The notes beneath the pieces are model-generated. The model had not been told where the DNA came from and did no database searches. It saw only the letters and a list, made by a program, of their open reading frames with translations. A DNA stretch of 64,000 nt from assembly GCA_964016885.1 (NCBI GenBank), contig OZ024746.1:39618001-39682000 (forward strand). Direction: 5' to 3'. Positions 33,199 through 47,291 of the stretch are shown one piece after another. The DNA is from Eledone cirrhosa (taxonomy: Eukaryota). The position numbers were made by a program, and so were the translations under genes. Positions within the stretch are counted from its first letter, which is position 1, and each line of letters opens with the position of its first letter.

Positions 33199-34862
33199 AA
33201 CCATCGTCCGTTTCGACGGCGAGTGTTCTGCCTCAATCGATCAACGAAACAGCCTACTTATGAAATTAGCATGTAAGTTGTTCAGCGTTGTACAGACATG
33301 TGTAAAGTAGTTCTTATGGAGATGCAACAATTTGAAATACAAGTATGGTTTATTTTGAGTAGGTGAGTTGACTGGAGCAAGGCAAAGTAAAGATTCTTAC
33401 TCAAAGACAAAACACGCCACACAGAATCGAACTCACTAACTTACGATCATGAGCCGAATACCCTATCCACTAAGATACGCGAATCTTGCCCAACCGCAGT
33501 TGTAAGCACGTCTCCCTCACCATCCTCCCGGGAAACGTTTCTATTCTGTCCGCCGGGGCCGCGGGGCAGTAAGTGCGTGAGCTCCCATTTACTTATACTA
33601 GTGAGATATGGGGAGAGCGGGAGGGATGGAGACTGTGACAGTGGGAGTTTGGTTCCTTTGCGTTCGGACTTGGTGTATATGTATATGTTTCACTGACACA
33701 TATTTACACACATAATTACAGAGCCCTTTTTTATTTGTAAATAAGTAGTAACATAGTTATAAAGTGAGAGTACTGTATAAGTAAACGATGTTTCGTTAGT
33801 TCCCACTGCTGAGTTCAAATCCGAAACTAGATCTGAAGAAGAAGTCAATGAGAACAGTGATGAATATATTCTATTCTGCAATTCATGTAGCTGTTTTCCA
33901 TCTTGAGAAACACCATGAGTTGTTTACTTCTAAATGGTTCTCCTTTCAAGAAGAGGGAAGATGGGAGGGCAATTGGCTTGCCTCCGACTGAGGTTGACTA
34001 TTATATTCCGTTAGTTCAAATATCACACGTTTCGCTTTGTTTTGCTTAGTAAAGGTCAACGTATGGCTTTAGCCGTTGCACATCTGCTCTAACTTTGACT
34101 TCTAAAAGCTTCAGATGGGCTTTATTTTAATGACACTAGCGAAAGATCAAAGATAGTTTTCTGAACATTAGAGACAATACGTGACACCCATATATACATA
34201 CAATAACACTCATTCACGCACGCTCACATATGCACTCATACACACATATGTACACAAACATACACACACACACATATACATTCTTATATCCATGTATCGA
34301 GAGGAAATCCTCTGTAAACACACACACACACACACACACACATACACACACAAATATATATATATGTGTGTGTGTGTGTGTGTACCCATACATACTCATA
34401 GATATACACAGACACACAAATTAAAACCCCAAGCGTTTAATCAGGCATATGTGTATATACCCGCGAAGAGAGAACGTGTTACACATATGCACATATGAAT
34501 ACACCAACACAAAACATTCATACATAGATACACACGCACACATATAAACACACATGCACACATATAGATACGTATAAATATGTTTACACCAACCATAAAC
34601 AAATAAAGAAGTTTACACGAAACATTCATACATAAATACATGCATACATTCATTGGACTGGAACCCTGCTGGATCAACGCCTTGAAGGGTTGGTCGACCA
34701 TATAGACTCTATTACTTATCTTATTATTTTATCAATCACTATTTGTCTAACCGCTGGTTACGGGACATAAATAAACACCATACGTTATGAAGTGGTGACA
34801 AGACAAACAAAAACAGACATACACATCCACTTACACACATACACCAGACACAGACACACACA

Positions 34863-34936
<74 letters not shown>

Positions 34937-35572
34937 AATATATACATATATATGTATATATGTGTGTGTGTGTGTGTTTACATAGATAGATAGATAGATT
35001 AGATAGATAGAGTGTGAATGTGTGTGAGTGCGTGCGTGTTTGTCTTTCTATGTGCGGATGTTCAACAAGTATTACAGAATAAACAACAAAGCCGGAGGTT
35101 ACCGTAAAAACAAAAACAAAAAAGCACATTCATTTAGGTCTTGGTGCTATTTAAATGTTTAGAGACATCTGTCTTGGCTCACTTGTGCCAAATTTTACAC
35201 TTGATATCCCTCGTCTCTATACTGTTTTGTTTTTAACTGTGCCACTAGAATGGCTGTTAGTTACAGACCAACGGTAGATTTAGTCTTTAAAAAGTCTTCC
35301 ATCAGAATAGATCAGTGAGATCGGGTCATAAAAAGAGTTCGCTATCGTTTATTTTCCAAGTAACAAGACTTCCGGTACTTAATTGGTAAGGTGTAAGACA
35401 AGGTCATCTGCTTTCCAGCCCTGGCTGACTTCCGCATATATTTATTTAAACATGCACCTACTCTTGTGTGTGAACATGTGACAACATATCTACCCCTGTG
35501 TCTACCGTATTCTATTATTTTTTGCTCTGTGTGTTTATAGTATTTTTGTGCAGGCGTGACTGTATGAATGTG

Positions 35573-35665
<93 letters not shown>

Positions 35666-35666
<1 letters not shown>

Positions 35667-35815
35667 GGCGCATGGCTTAGTGATTAGAGCATTGGGCTTG
35701 CAATCGGAAGGTTGTGAGTTCAATTCTCGGACCGAGTGATGTGTTGTTTCCTTGAGCAAGACACTTTATTTCACGTTGCTCCAGTTTACTCAGCTGTAGA
35801 AATGAGTACCAGCCT
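35666..35815 (+). mobile_element. Second tRNA-derived SINE family (CORE-like centre); relatives at ~37540-37660 (+) and ~33200-33480 (-)
   Basis: ggcgcatggcttagtg..gagttcaattc..ccttgagcaagacactttatttcacgttgctccag..ctcagctg. Confidence 0.75.
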
Positions 35816-35957
35816 GCCCGCCCAGCCAGTGGGATGGCGTTATCTTATTGGCGCTCGACAGACTGGTCCGTCAAGGTGATACATATGTATATGTATATAT
35901 ATATGTATATATGTGTGTGTGCATATATTATACACTCACATACACATACACACACGG

Positions 35958-36010
<53 letters not shown>

Positions 36011-36014
<4 letters not shown>

Positions 36015-36494
36015 TATGTGTTGGTTGGTTACCGATACTTCATTATGCACTCAACGAAGTGTGCAGGTGGGTCTCTTTACTCCGGAGTAATTTAGAAACA
36101 AGAAGTCACTAGGTTAAAATTAACTTCGTTTATTCATACTCGCTGTAATATATATTTCGGTGATAACTATTATTTAACAGCTATGAGCTCATCAGACAGC
36201 TAAAACTTGAACAGAAAAAAAAACAGAAAAACATAATGGCATATGCCAACATTTCTTTGAGAAAGCAACACCATACTTCGGGACAGGGCATATCAAATGA
36301 TCGAAATAACGGAGGCATACTGTGCCAAAAGTAGAAACAATTATGATTTTCTGAGGGTTTTTTTCTGTTCAAGTTCTAGCTGTCTGATGAAGTCACAGCT
36401 GTTAAATAATGGTTATTCAACACCGAAATATATATTACAGCGAATATGAATAAACGAAGTTAATTTTAACCAGTTCACTTACACTTCTTGTTTA
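36011..36494 (-). mobile_element. Fold-back element with a hammerhead in both arms (family C)
   Basis: Diverged arms ~36096-36225 / ~36355-36494, ~85-bp tail at 36011-36095, TA flanks. Confidence 0.8.
36379..36441 (+). ncRNA. Hammerhead ribozyme (family C); mirror copy on minus strand at 36142-36200
   Basis: gctgt-CTGATGA-..-GAAA-TATATA-TT-acagc. Confidence 0.78.
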
Positions 36495-36513
36495 TATATA
36501 TATATATATATAT

Positions 36514-36962
<449 letters not shown>

Positions 36963-38201
36963 AGGAATTGAGAGAGAGATTAAAACACATACCTAAATAA
37001 ACACACACGCACACATAGGTGCATTATCAGATAATAATTACTCTATTAATATAAGATAAATTGTAATGTGTTCGTGAAATCCACACCGTCTTTACTCTGA
37101 GCTTCTCGCATTTCTGCGTTCGTTGAGCTGACACATATCTCTGTATATACAACGCTGTGTCATAATTTATCAAGGAAGATAAATTATGGTCTTACGTAAG
37201 AATTCTATACTTTATGACATTCATGTTGTCTTTAACAACTTCTTTCTATTGAATCGTTGAAGCACTATACAAAACGGTTTATGTCTTTTTACTTTCACTT
37301 TCAACAAAAATATGGAACACTATTACGATAGACTCGGGATTATATAATGAAGACTATTTTATGGGCTAATGTTTCTCGTTTAGACATCGTTCAATATTAT
37401 CGAAGTAAAATTAGCAAGGAGATTAATTTCAGTAAACACTAAAAAGGTCTTAATATCACTAGAATCGGTAGATTGTCATATAAATTGTTTTTTTTTTGTT
37501 TTTTTTTAGTATTAGTAACACCCCTTTAATAACAGTCAGGATGCTCGGCTTAGGATGGTAATGTTGTTGGTTAAATTCCGTGAAGTGCTTTGCATTGTGT
37601 TCTTGAGCAAAACACTTTATTTCATGTTGCTCCAGTATACTCAGCTGAGATGAACACCAGAAGTAGCTGAGGAGTTAAACCTGCCATAAACCGGAGATAA
37701 GCACGATGACGGTATGAACTTCGTAACTTCCTAATTCTGGGACGTTTGTAACTCTAAACTAGGCGGAGTTCCGTTCGCGTATTCAATCACAACTGATGAG
37801 TCTTTGGTCTATTTCATACCAAACCTCACCCCCTATTTAAGCTATTATTTTCTTGATAGAACGCGTGATAGAGTGGAAAATTATTTCGGTTAGGGTTAAC
37901 GGAAGGGCAAACCACACGCCATAGTAGTGTTCTGAAATCTATGCTAATGATGGGAGGTTGTTGCTTGTCACTAATTGGAGTCGTTTACCCTGGTGTAGGT
38001 TCCTTCTGCTTTGTCGGTAAAACTCATAACAAACCTAATTGGTGCCCATTATATTTCAAGGCCACAAGGCCACTAACATTTTTATAGCGTTATTGCTTTA
38101 CCCACTTTCACAAATGACACACAATTGTCTTCTTCACAGTTCCTTACATTCTCTGTATGTCTGTTTTCATACACATTTACACACACACATACAGTTATAC
38201 T

Positions 38202-38235
<34 letters not shown>

Positions 38236-38245
38236 CGTGCGTGTG

Positions 38246-38328
<83 letters not shown>

Positions 38329-38417
38329 GTGCGTTTATGTTTGTATGTTTATTAGATGGATGCATATAAAACATTGAAAGAAACTCACAATATAACGATG
38401 AAGTAAATGGAAATGTA

Positions 38418-38461
<44 letters not shown>

Positions 38462-38486
38462 TTGTACTCATACACGCACTCGCACT

Positions 38487-38493
<7 letters not shown>

Positions 38494-38534
<41 letters not shown>

Positions 38535-38660
38535 ATATTATATATATATATATTATATATATATATATTATATATATATATATAATAAATATATATATAA
38601 TATATATATATATAATATATATATATAATATATAATATATATATATATAATATATAATAT

Positions 38661-38692
<32 letters not shown>

Positions 38693-39112
38693 ATATATAT
38701 ATATAATATATAATATATATATATAATATATGTATACAAATTATATATATATTATAAATTATATGTATTATATATATATATTATATAATATATATATTAT
38801 ATATTATATATATTATATATATATATATTATATATATATATTTTATATATATTATATATATTATATATTATATATATATATTTTATATATATATATATAT
38901 TATATATATTATATATTATATATATATATTTTATATATTATATATATATATTATATATATTATATATTATATATATATATTATATATATTATATATTATA
39001 TATATATATTATATATATATATATATTATATTTATATATTTTATATATATTATATATATTATATATTATATATATTATATATATTATATATTATATATAT
39101 ATTATATATATA

Positions 39113-39143
<31 letters not shown>

Positions 39144-39230
39144 AATATTATTTATATATATATATATATATATATATTATTTATATATATTATTTATATA
39201 TATATATATATATATTATTTATATATTATT

Positions 39231-39262
<32 letters not shown>

Positions 39263-39290
39263 ATATTATTTATATATATTATATATATAT

Positions 39291-39344
<54 letters not shown>

Positions 39345-39377
39345 ATTATATATATATATTATATATATATATATTAC

Positions 39378-39410
<33 letters not shown>

Positions 39411-39884
39411 ATAATATATATATTACATATATATTATATATATATTACATATATATATATATAATATATATATTATATATATATATTATATATATATTAC
39501 ATATATATATATATATAATATATATATATATTATATATATATATTATATATATATTACATATATATATATATATTATATATATATATTATATATATATAT
39601 TATATATATATATTATATATATATTACATATATATATATATATTATATATATATATTATATATATATTACATATATATATATAATATATTATATTAATAT
39701 ATATATTATATATATATATTATATATATATATATATTATATTATATTAATATATATATATATATTATATATATATATTATATATATATATATATTATATT
39801 ATATTAATATATATATATATATTATATATATATTACATATATATATATATATATAATATATTGTATTAATATATATATTATATA

Positions 39885-39916
<32 letters not shown>

Positions 39917-39925
39917 TATATTATA

Positions 39926-39995
<70 letters not shown>

Positions 39996-40878
39996 TAATA
40001 TATATATATATATTATATATATATATATATATATTATATTAATATATATATATATTATATATATATATATATATATTATATTAATATATATATATATATT
40101 ATATTAATATATATATATATATTATATTAATATATATATATATTATATTAATATATATATTATATTAATATATATATATATATTATATTAATATATATAT
40201 ATATATTATATTAATATATATATATATATTATATTAATATATATATATATATTATATTAATATATATATATATATTATATTAATATATATATATATATTA
40301 TATTAATATATATATATATATTATATTAATATATATATATATATTATATTAATATATATATATATATTATATTAATATATATATATATATTATATTAATA
40401 TATATATATATATTATATTAATATATATATATATATTATATTAATATATATATATATATTATATTAATATATATATATATATTATATTAATATATATATA
40501 TATATTATATTAATATATATATATATATTATATTAATATATATATATATATTATATTAATATATATATATATATTATATTAATATATATATATATATTAT
40601 ATTAATATATATATATATATTATATTAATATATATATATATATTATATTAATATATATATATATATTATATTAATATATATATATATATTATATTAATAT
40701 ATATATATATATTATATTAATATATATATATATATTATATTAATATATATATATATATTATATTAATATATATATATATATTAATAAATATATATATATA
40801 TATTATATTATATTAATAAATATATATATATATATTATATTAATATATATATTATATATATATATTATATTAATATAT
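38494..40878. repeat. Compound (TA)n array including a regular 23-bp-period satellite at ~40200-40780
   Basis: ttatattaa recurs every 23 bp (40252, 40275, 40298...). Confidence 0.95.
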
Positions 40879-42390
40879 ATATTATATATATAATATATGT
40901 GTGAATATGTATGAATGAACTAATTCCGTCGGAAAGGTACAGGAACAAAGAGTGTTCTATTTAGGTTACAGAGCTTATTCGTTATGTAAAAATATATATA
41001 TATATATACAACTATATATATACAATATATATATATAACTCGCTAAAGCGTTCTTATCATTCACATAATTCTTTTAACACGCGGTAAAGTTTACAGTTAT
41101 TCTGAAAATGTATATTGTTCTATAATTTATGCATAGCAGTAATTATAACGAGTGGATTTATAGTCGAGTCAACGAGATAGCCTAGACATAGCAGTCAAGT
41201 CTTATTCAAACCCGAACGTCTTTAAAACTGATACATTTGGTAATTTAGCTTGGGTCACGCTATTCCATAAAATTTAATGAGATGGTCATCCTTTGAAGGA
41301 TTTTACTCATAAATCGATCCGATTATGGCAAACCTGAAGCCTCTACCACCAATAACAAAAGAAACCCCAACCATCACACCACTACCACCACCACCATCAA
41401 TAATAAGTATTAAATAACAGAAAAAATAAATTGTAACCCCCGGTTTCTCTGTCTTATTATGATGCCAATTATTTTAGTAGGGAGATAGTAGATTTAATTG
41501 AATGATTCACAGTTCACTACTCGTATATATTGTTAACGACACTAAAATTATGAAGAATCAAAGTCGACTTTGATTGTATTTGAACTTAAAATTAACCCTT
41601 TGACTCAATCGGTTCACAACTGAATGTCAACTCGCTGGAATTACCTCCCACCCATGATGTTCAGCAAACATTCATTTAGAATATTGAAGGTCATGGAAAT
41701 GATATAGGCACGGACATAGGCATAGCCTTTTTTGTCTTCTGAAAAGGCTATAAAAATATAGAGCGTAGAAACTTAACAGTATCGGAGCTAACAAATGGAG
41801 CTACAACGCAATCAACCATTAATGTAAAATCGAAAAGGAAAGTAACTATATCTAGGAGTACATTAGGTAATCTAGTCCTAGATATATTTATGCTGTCTGT
41901 AAATCACAAGATAATCACAAAATAATTACAATTAGAACTCCTTTCATCATAGGTTTGCTCAATCAAGCCTGACATATGACTAAAAGCAACACAAAAGCCT
42001 ATTATTAGGAAGTATTCAGTCCGATGCCACTTGTAATTTAGTGCAGTGATGCGCAATCTTTTTTTCTGCCCTAGCCTGCCATATTTGTTTTATATCGTTT
42101 GTGGCTATTCAAAAATCAATGTTCAGACAAAATTTTAATTCAAGCTATAATAAAAAGCAAAAAAAAAAAGCAAAGATAGCAAAAATAGCTTGAAATATTC
42201 CAATGGTTCCTGGCGCTTTACGGCGTGAGTGTCATAATTGATTACTCTAAGTATACGGATGTTGTCGTGGCTCACTCAGAATAACATGTCCATCTTTAAG
42301 GTATGTGGCAAAACCTCTACATCACTTATTTAACACACAACTATTTTACTCTTTCTCTCTCTCTCTCTCTCACTGAGTCTCTCTCTTTCA

Positions 42391-42455
<65 letters not shown>

Positions 42456-42759
42456 ACTGACACATTCTCCCTCTCTTCCTCTCTCTCTTCTTTTATATTT
42501 TGAAAAACAACTTTGGAAAAGGCTAAGCCATTTTTTATCATTCTATATAACAACACAAAGAAAGAACAAATTGGACAGTAATAATATTGGATTGGGTTAT
42601 ACATTTATAGTGTGAATTAAGGTACCTTGCCGTTATTAGGTTGAATTTTGTTGGGACTGAATTAATCTTCCTTACACCAAGGCCTTCTTCTTCTTCTTCT
42701 TCTTCTTCTTGGAAGGGTCGTGGGGTAAAGTCCTGAAGATAGTTGAACATGTCAACATG

Positions 42760-43320
42760 CTTTAGTGGAACTCCACATGTAAAGTGCAGTGTAGGCTTCC
42801 CTGAGAGGACGAGTGCTGGATGTTGGTGTTAAGAAAGGGGCCGAGCTGTCAACTGATCAACATCTAGTTATCTGCAGCCTAAGAGAGCCCACAAAACTTG
42901 CAAATCCAGCTCGAACTACAGGATAAAGTGGGAAGCGCCGGCAGATAAAGAAGTTAGAAACAGGTTTGTGGATACTAGTGCGTCCAAATTCAAAGAACTC
43001 CCTGAGCAAACTGAGGACGTTGAAACAGAGTGAGACTGTTCAGCTCGACAGTTTCTGCTTCAGGAGAAAGTGGCTTGGTGAGGCCCAGAGTGGCAAGAGG
43101 ACACCTTGGTTCAATCAAGAGGTCAAAGATGCCATCGGAGCGAAGGAGGCTTACAAAACTTGGCTTGGAAATATGTCTTTCTTATTGCATTTTCGGTTCA
43201 AGCAAGCGCGAAAAGGTTCACAGCAGAAACAGTAAAGGCGTCCAAAGTTATGGGAGAATATTGGTGTTAAGCTGGGATCCGACTTCAGATCAGCAAATAA
43301 AGTGTTCTAGCAGACCATCC
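42760..43320 (+). mobile_element. RTE-like LINE fragment (end of APE domain/linker), decayed
   Basis: VLDVGVKKGAELSTDQHLVICSL, then KRTPWFNQEVKDAI..KEAYKTWL. Confidence 0.7.
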
Positions 43321-43356
43321 GCCTATATGTCAATATATACATATATATAGATATAG

Positions 43357-43432
<76 letters not shown>

Positions 43433-43758
43433 GTGAAAGAGTGAAAGAGTGGTCGGCTGTACAAAGAAAAGGTTTTATTAACAATTGTTTCATTGATCAG
43501 GTAAGTCTAATGGCCGCTGATCACTCGAAGTTGCATCACTCGACTTTAAATACAGTGTACGTCTCTGATCAAATCATCGGAATACTGGCTATTGCTCCAA
43601 GAATAATCTGCATGGGAATTCTCGCAAACTCGCTACCTAACTAAGGAAACCTCTAGTTGAGTCAAACACCGCCGTAGATAAAGCTATCCATAGTACAGAG
43701 TACTCACAACCTCTAACTGGATTACCTAAAACGATAACTTGTTATCCCATATATATAT

Positions 43759-44058
43759 ATTAAAATAACAGATTAAAGTTTAAGCAAAGAATCGCTGCTT
43801 TCACCCTTAACGGGATCTTCTAAAAGAATCGTCTTCCTGTTTTCCTTCGGTTGCAACGTTTTTCGAAATATTTACTTCAGCGTTCACAGATTGATTTTTT
43901 TAGTTCAGAAGATCCCGTTAAGAGTGAAAGCAGTGATTCTTTGCTTAAACTCTAATCTGTTATTTTAATAAATATTTGCTCTAGGGTTCTTATATATTTG
44001 ATATATATTTATCCTTATCGAGCCTTCTTTGGATTTTAGTCTTCACATTTATTATTAT

Positions 44059-44062
<4 letters not shown>
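43759..44062 (+). mobile_element. Fold-back element (family E) with hammerhead-like remnant
   Basis: Arms 43759-43821 / 43907-43969, ~90-bp tail, TA flanks. cagaaga-t-ccc-gttaa-g(a/g)g-t-GAAA resembles a decayed core. An isolated 35-bp arm fragment occurs at 10921-10956. Confidence 0.7.
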
Positions 44063-44110
<48 letters not shown>

Positions 44111-44120
44111 ATAATAATAT

Positions 44121-44262
44121 CATTATTTCTGAAGACAGCATATATATGTGTAGGTATGTATATTCCCTCTGATAGTTTGTATAAATATTGTACATAGATC
44201 TATAGAATATGCATACCAACTCTAACACACATATATATCCTAGAAACGATCGTAAAATGATG
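44121..44262 (+). ncRNA. Hammerhead ribozyme with ~107-nt stem II (family F; element ~44107-44453)
   Basis: cattattt-CTGAAGA-[atatatatgtgt..ggtatgtatatt..aatatgcatacc..acacatatatat]-GAAA-CGATCG-TA-aaatgatg. Confidence 0.8.
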
Positions 44263-44450
44263 AATTTTTTTTAATATAAGGAACTGTTTCTTTGTTTATT
44301 CATTATTTTATTAATTTATCTTGACTCTGTTTTCCGGTTAATTTTCACCGAAAGTAGTTTTTGAATGCATCTTCTCTTTTCATGATATCCGGATTACATT
44401 GAGTTCTTCATACGGATTGGACACTACCGTAAACTTTTGGTAGATTTATC

Positions 44451-44454
<4 letters not shown>

Positions 44455-44514
<60 letters not shown>

Positions 44515-44573
44515 CAGAGAGAGAGAAATAGATATATATATACATATATATATATACATATAGATATACATAT

Positions 44574-44613
<40 letters not shown>

Positions 44614-44887
44614 TTATATATGTATGCATATATATATATATATATATTTGCATATATATATATACATATATATATATACATACATATCATATATATATAT
44701 ATATATATACATATATATGTATATATATATAGATATATATATACATATATATGTATATATACATATATATATATACATATATATGTATATATATATAGAT
44801 ATATATATACATATATATGTATATATGTATATATACATATATATATATACATATATATGTATATATATATAGATATATATATACATA

Positions 44888-44928
<41 letters not shown>

Positions 44929-45539
44929 ATATATACATACATAAATATATACATATATATATACATACATAAATATATACATATATACATACATAAATAT
45001 ATACATATACAATTAAGTTAAACGTCAGTCATACAAAAGTGAGTTACAAACGAAACGAAATTTAATTTCGTTTCGTTATTTGTTTTTATATACATATATA
45101 TATATACATACATAAATATATACATATATACATACATAAATATATACATATATATATATACATACATAAATATATATATATATATACATACATAAATATA
45201 TACATATATACATACATAAATATATACATATATATATACATACATAAATATATACATATATATATACATACATAAATATATACATATATATATAGACATA
45301 CATAAATATATACATATATATATAGACATACATAAATATATACATATATATATACATACATAAATATATACATATATATATACATACATAAATATATACA
45401 TATATACATACATAAATATATACATATATATATACATACATAAATATATACATATATACATACATAAATATATACATATATATATATATACATATACATA
45501 TATATATACACACACATATATTTACATATGTATATACAT

Positions 45540-45610
<71 letters not shown>
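44455..45610. repeat. Compound TA/CA array with tacatacataaatatatacatata units
   Basis: Direct observation. Confidence 0.92.
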
Positions 45611-45616
<6 letters not shown>

Positions 45617-46356
45617 CGCACACTTATATATGTACGTACAAACTAGAATGAGATAATATGAGCATAGCAGAGAAATAATTGAAGTATAAATATTACTATA
45701 TTTAATAAGTTTTAATCAAAACACGCCGACATGATGCGCTCCAGTGGAATTTATAAATGAACAAAAGAAGAAAAATCTCAACTACCTCTACACCTTGCTC
45801 GATCGATGGCGAGCTGGAAAAAATAGCCTTTCTTTCAGCCAACGATAACCTGGTTAGTTCATTGCCAAACTCGCCTCATTTATTAATGTGTTATCGTTAT
45901 TCTCAGACATTTATGCATATGCAAAGCGAATGATTTCAAATATTATTCATCGTTTAAATTGATAAGCCGCTTATTAGAATGCGATGATTTATTGAGAGGC
46001 CGTTGCGTACCTATGAGAACACCGAAGTGGATGCTTCACGATACTAATACTTAATGTTGAAGTGACTATTTGATGAAGCATCGGAGTTCATAGTAGGTGG
46101 TGGGGATGGGGGCATATTATTGAAGCAAGCTCACGGAAATACTCTTCATAATATGTGTGCAAAACTTAGTGGTACCATTTTCTGTCAATTATTCACCCTA
46201 GTGGTTAGGGTGTTGGATTAAGTCACGGGTTCGATATATATAACCTTGTTTATCTATGAGTGAGTAGCAAAATTAATGTGAACGATTGTCTCTTCGCAAC
46301 TTCCATACATTCTGCAGTTATATTTTCTATTCTTCGTCATTATATATTTTTGATAG

Positions 46357-46542
46357 GGCGGTGGATTGGCAGTATCGGTAGAGGGTCGGACGCCATGCTT
46401 TGACGTATAGAGTTACGGCCCTTGCCATTCTGAGTTCAAATCCCGCCGAGGTTAACTTTGCCTTTCATCCTTACGGGGTCGATAAAATAAAGTACCAGTA
46501 ATGCACTGGGTAATTGCTGGCCTTGTGCCAAAAGTAGAAACA
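46357..46542 (+). mobile_element. Same SINE, full length, 18-bp TSD attatatatttttgatag
   Basis: A/B boxes and TSD seen. Confidence 0.92.
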
Positions 46543-47106
46543 ATTATATATTTTTGATAGTTTCTGAATGAATTGATCTCGTACCGCAATGGATGACCCC
46601 GCCGTCTCAGTTTAGCACCCTGCTTTTATAACCTGTACTAAGTTTTTCTATTATCCACTTGGTTAGTTCATTCTTCCCAGGTATTTGCTAGGTGAAACTT
46701 TTCTGGTTATTTTGTAATCCCATTAACTAATATGCGTGCAGAACAGACAAGTATATAATTTATTGTTTGTTCGTGTTTTGTAGCCATTTGTATTAGTTTT
46801 CCATTGTTCTGTACTAGATTTTTTTGTAACCGTACACATATATTATATAACAGATTTCTACTTCAATGTATTCACGGTAAATATAATCTCAGTTTTTAGT
46901 AATTATTTTGAAGTAATCATTTTTCTTATTTTTTGTTTAGTTTTTGATTGCCCATTTACAGTCTAGTTTGTAATAATTGTTTCTACTTTTGGCACAAGGC
47001 CAGCAATTATCCTAGTGCATTACTGGTACTTTATTTTATCGACCCTGTAAGAATGAAAGGCAAAGTTAACCTAGGCGGGATTAACTATATATTATTACTA
47101 GAACCA

Positions 47107-47291
47107 GGGCGGTGGATTGGCAGTATCGGTGGGGGGTCGGAAGCCATGCTTTCCAACATAGTTACGTCCCTTTACGATCTGAGTTCAAATCCCGCCGAGG
47201 TTGACTTTGCCTTTCATCCTTACGGGGTCGATAAAATAAAGTACCAGTAATGCACTGGGTAATTGCTGGCCTTGTGCCTAAAGTAGAAACA
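47107..47291 (+). mobile_element. Same SINE, 16-bp TSD attattactagaacca; partial inverted copy immediately upstream (46973-47081)
   Basis: A/B boxes, TSD, homology to the other copies. Confidence 0.92.

Noticed and set aside
37790-37830. CTGATGA followed by a small hairpin (also lone cores near 24706, 50934 and 62581)
   Set aside because: No correctly placed GAAA/UH and stem I, so not called as hammerheads.
46357-46450. tRNA-like A/B boxes
   Set aside because: SINE heads with TSDs, not tRNA genes.
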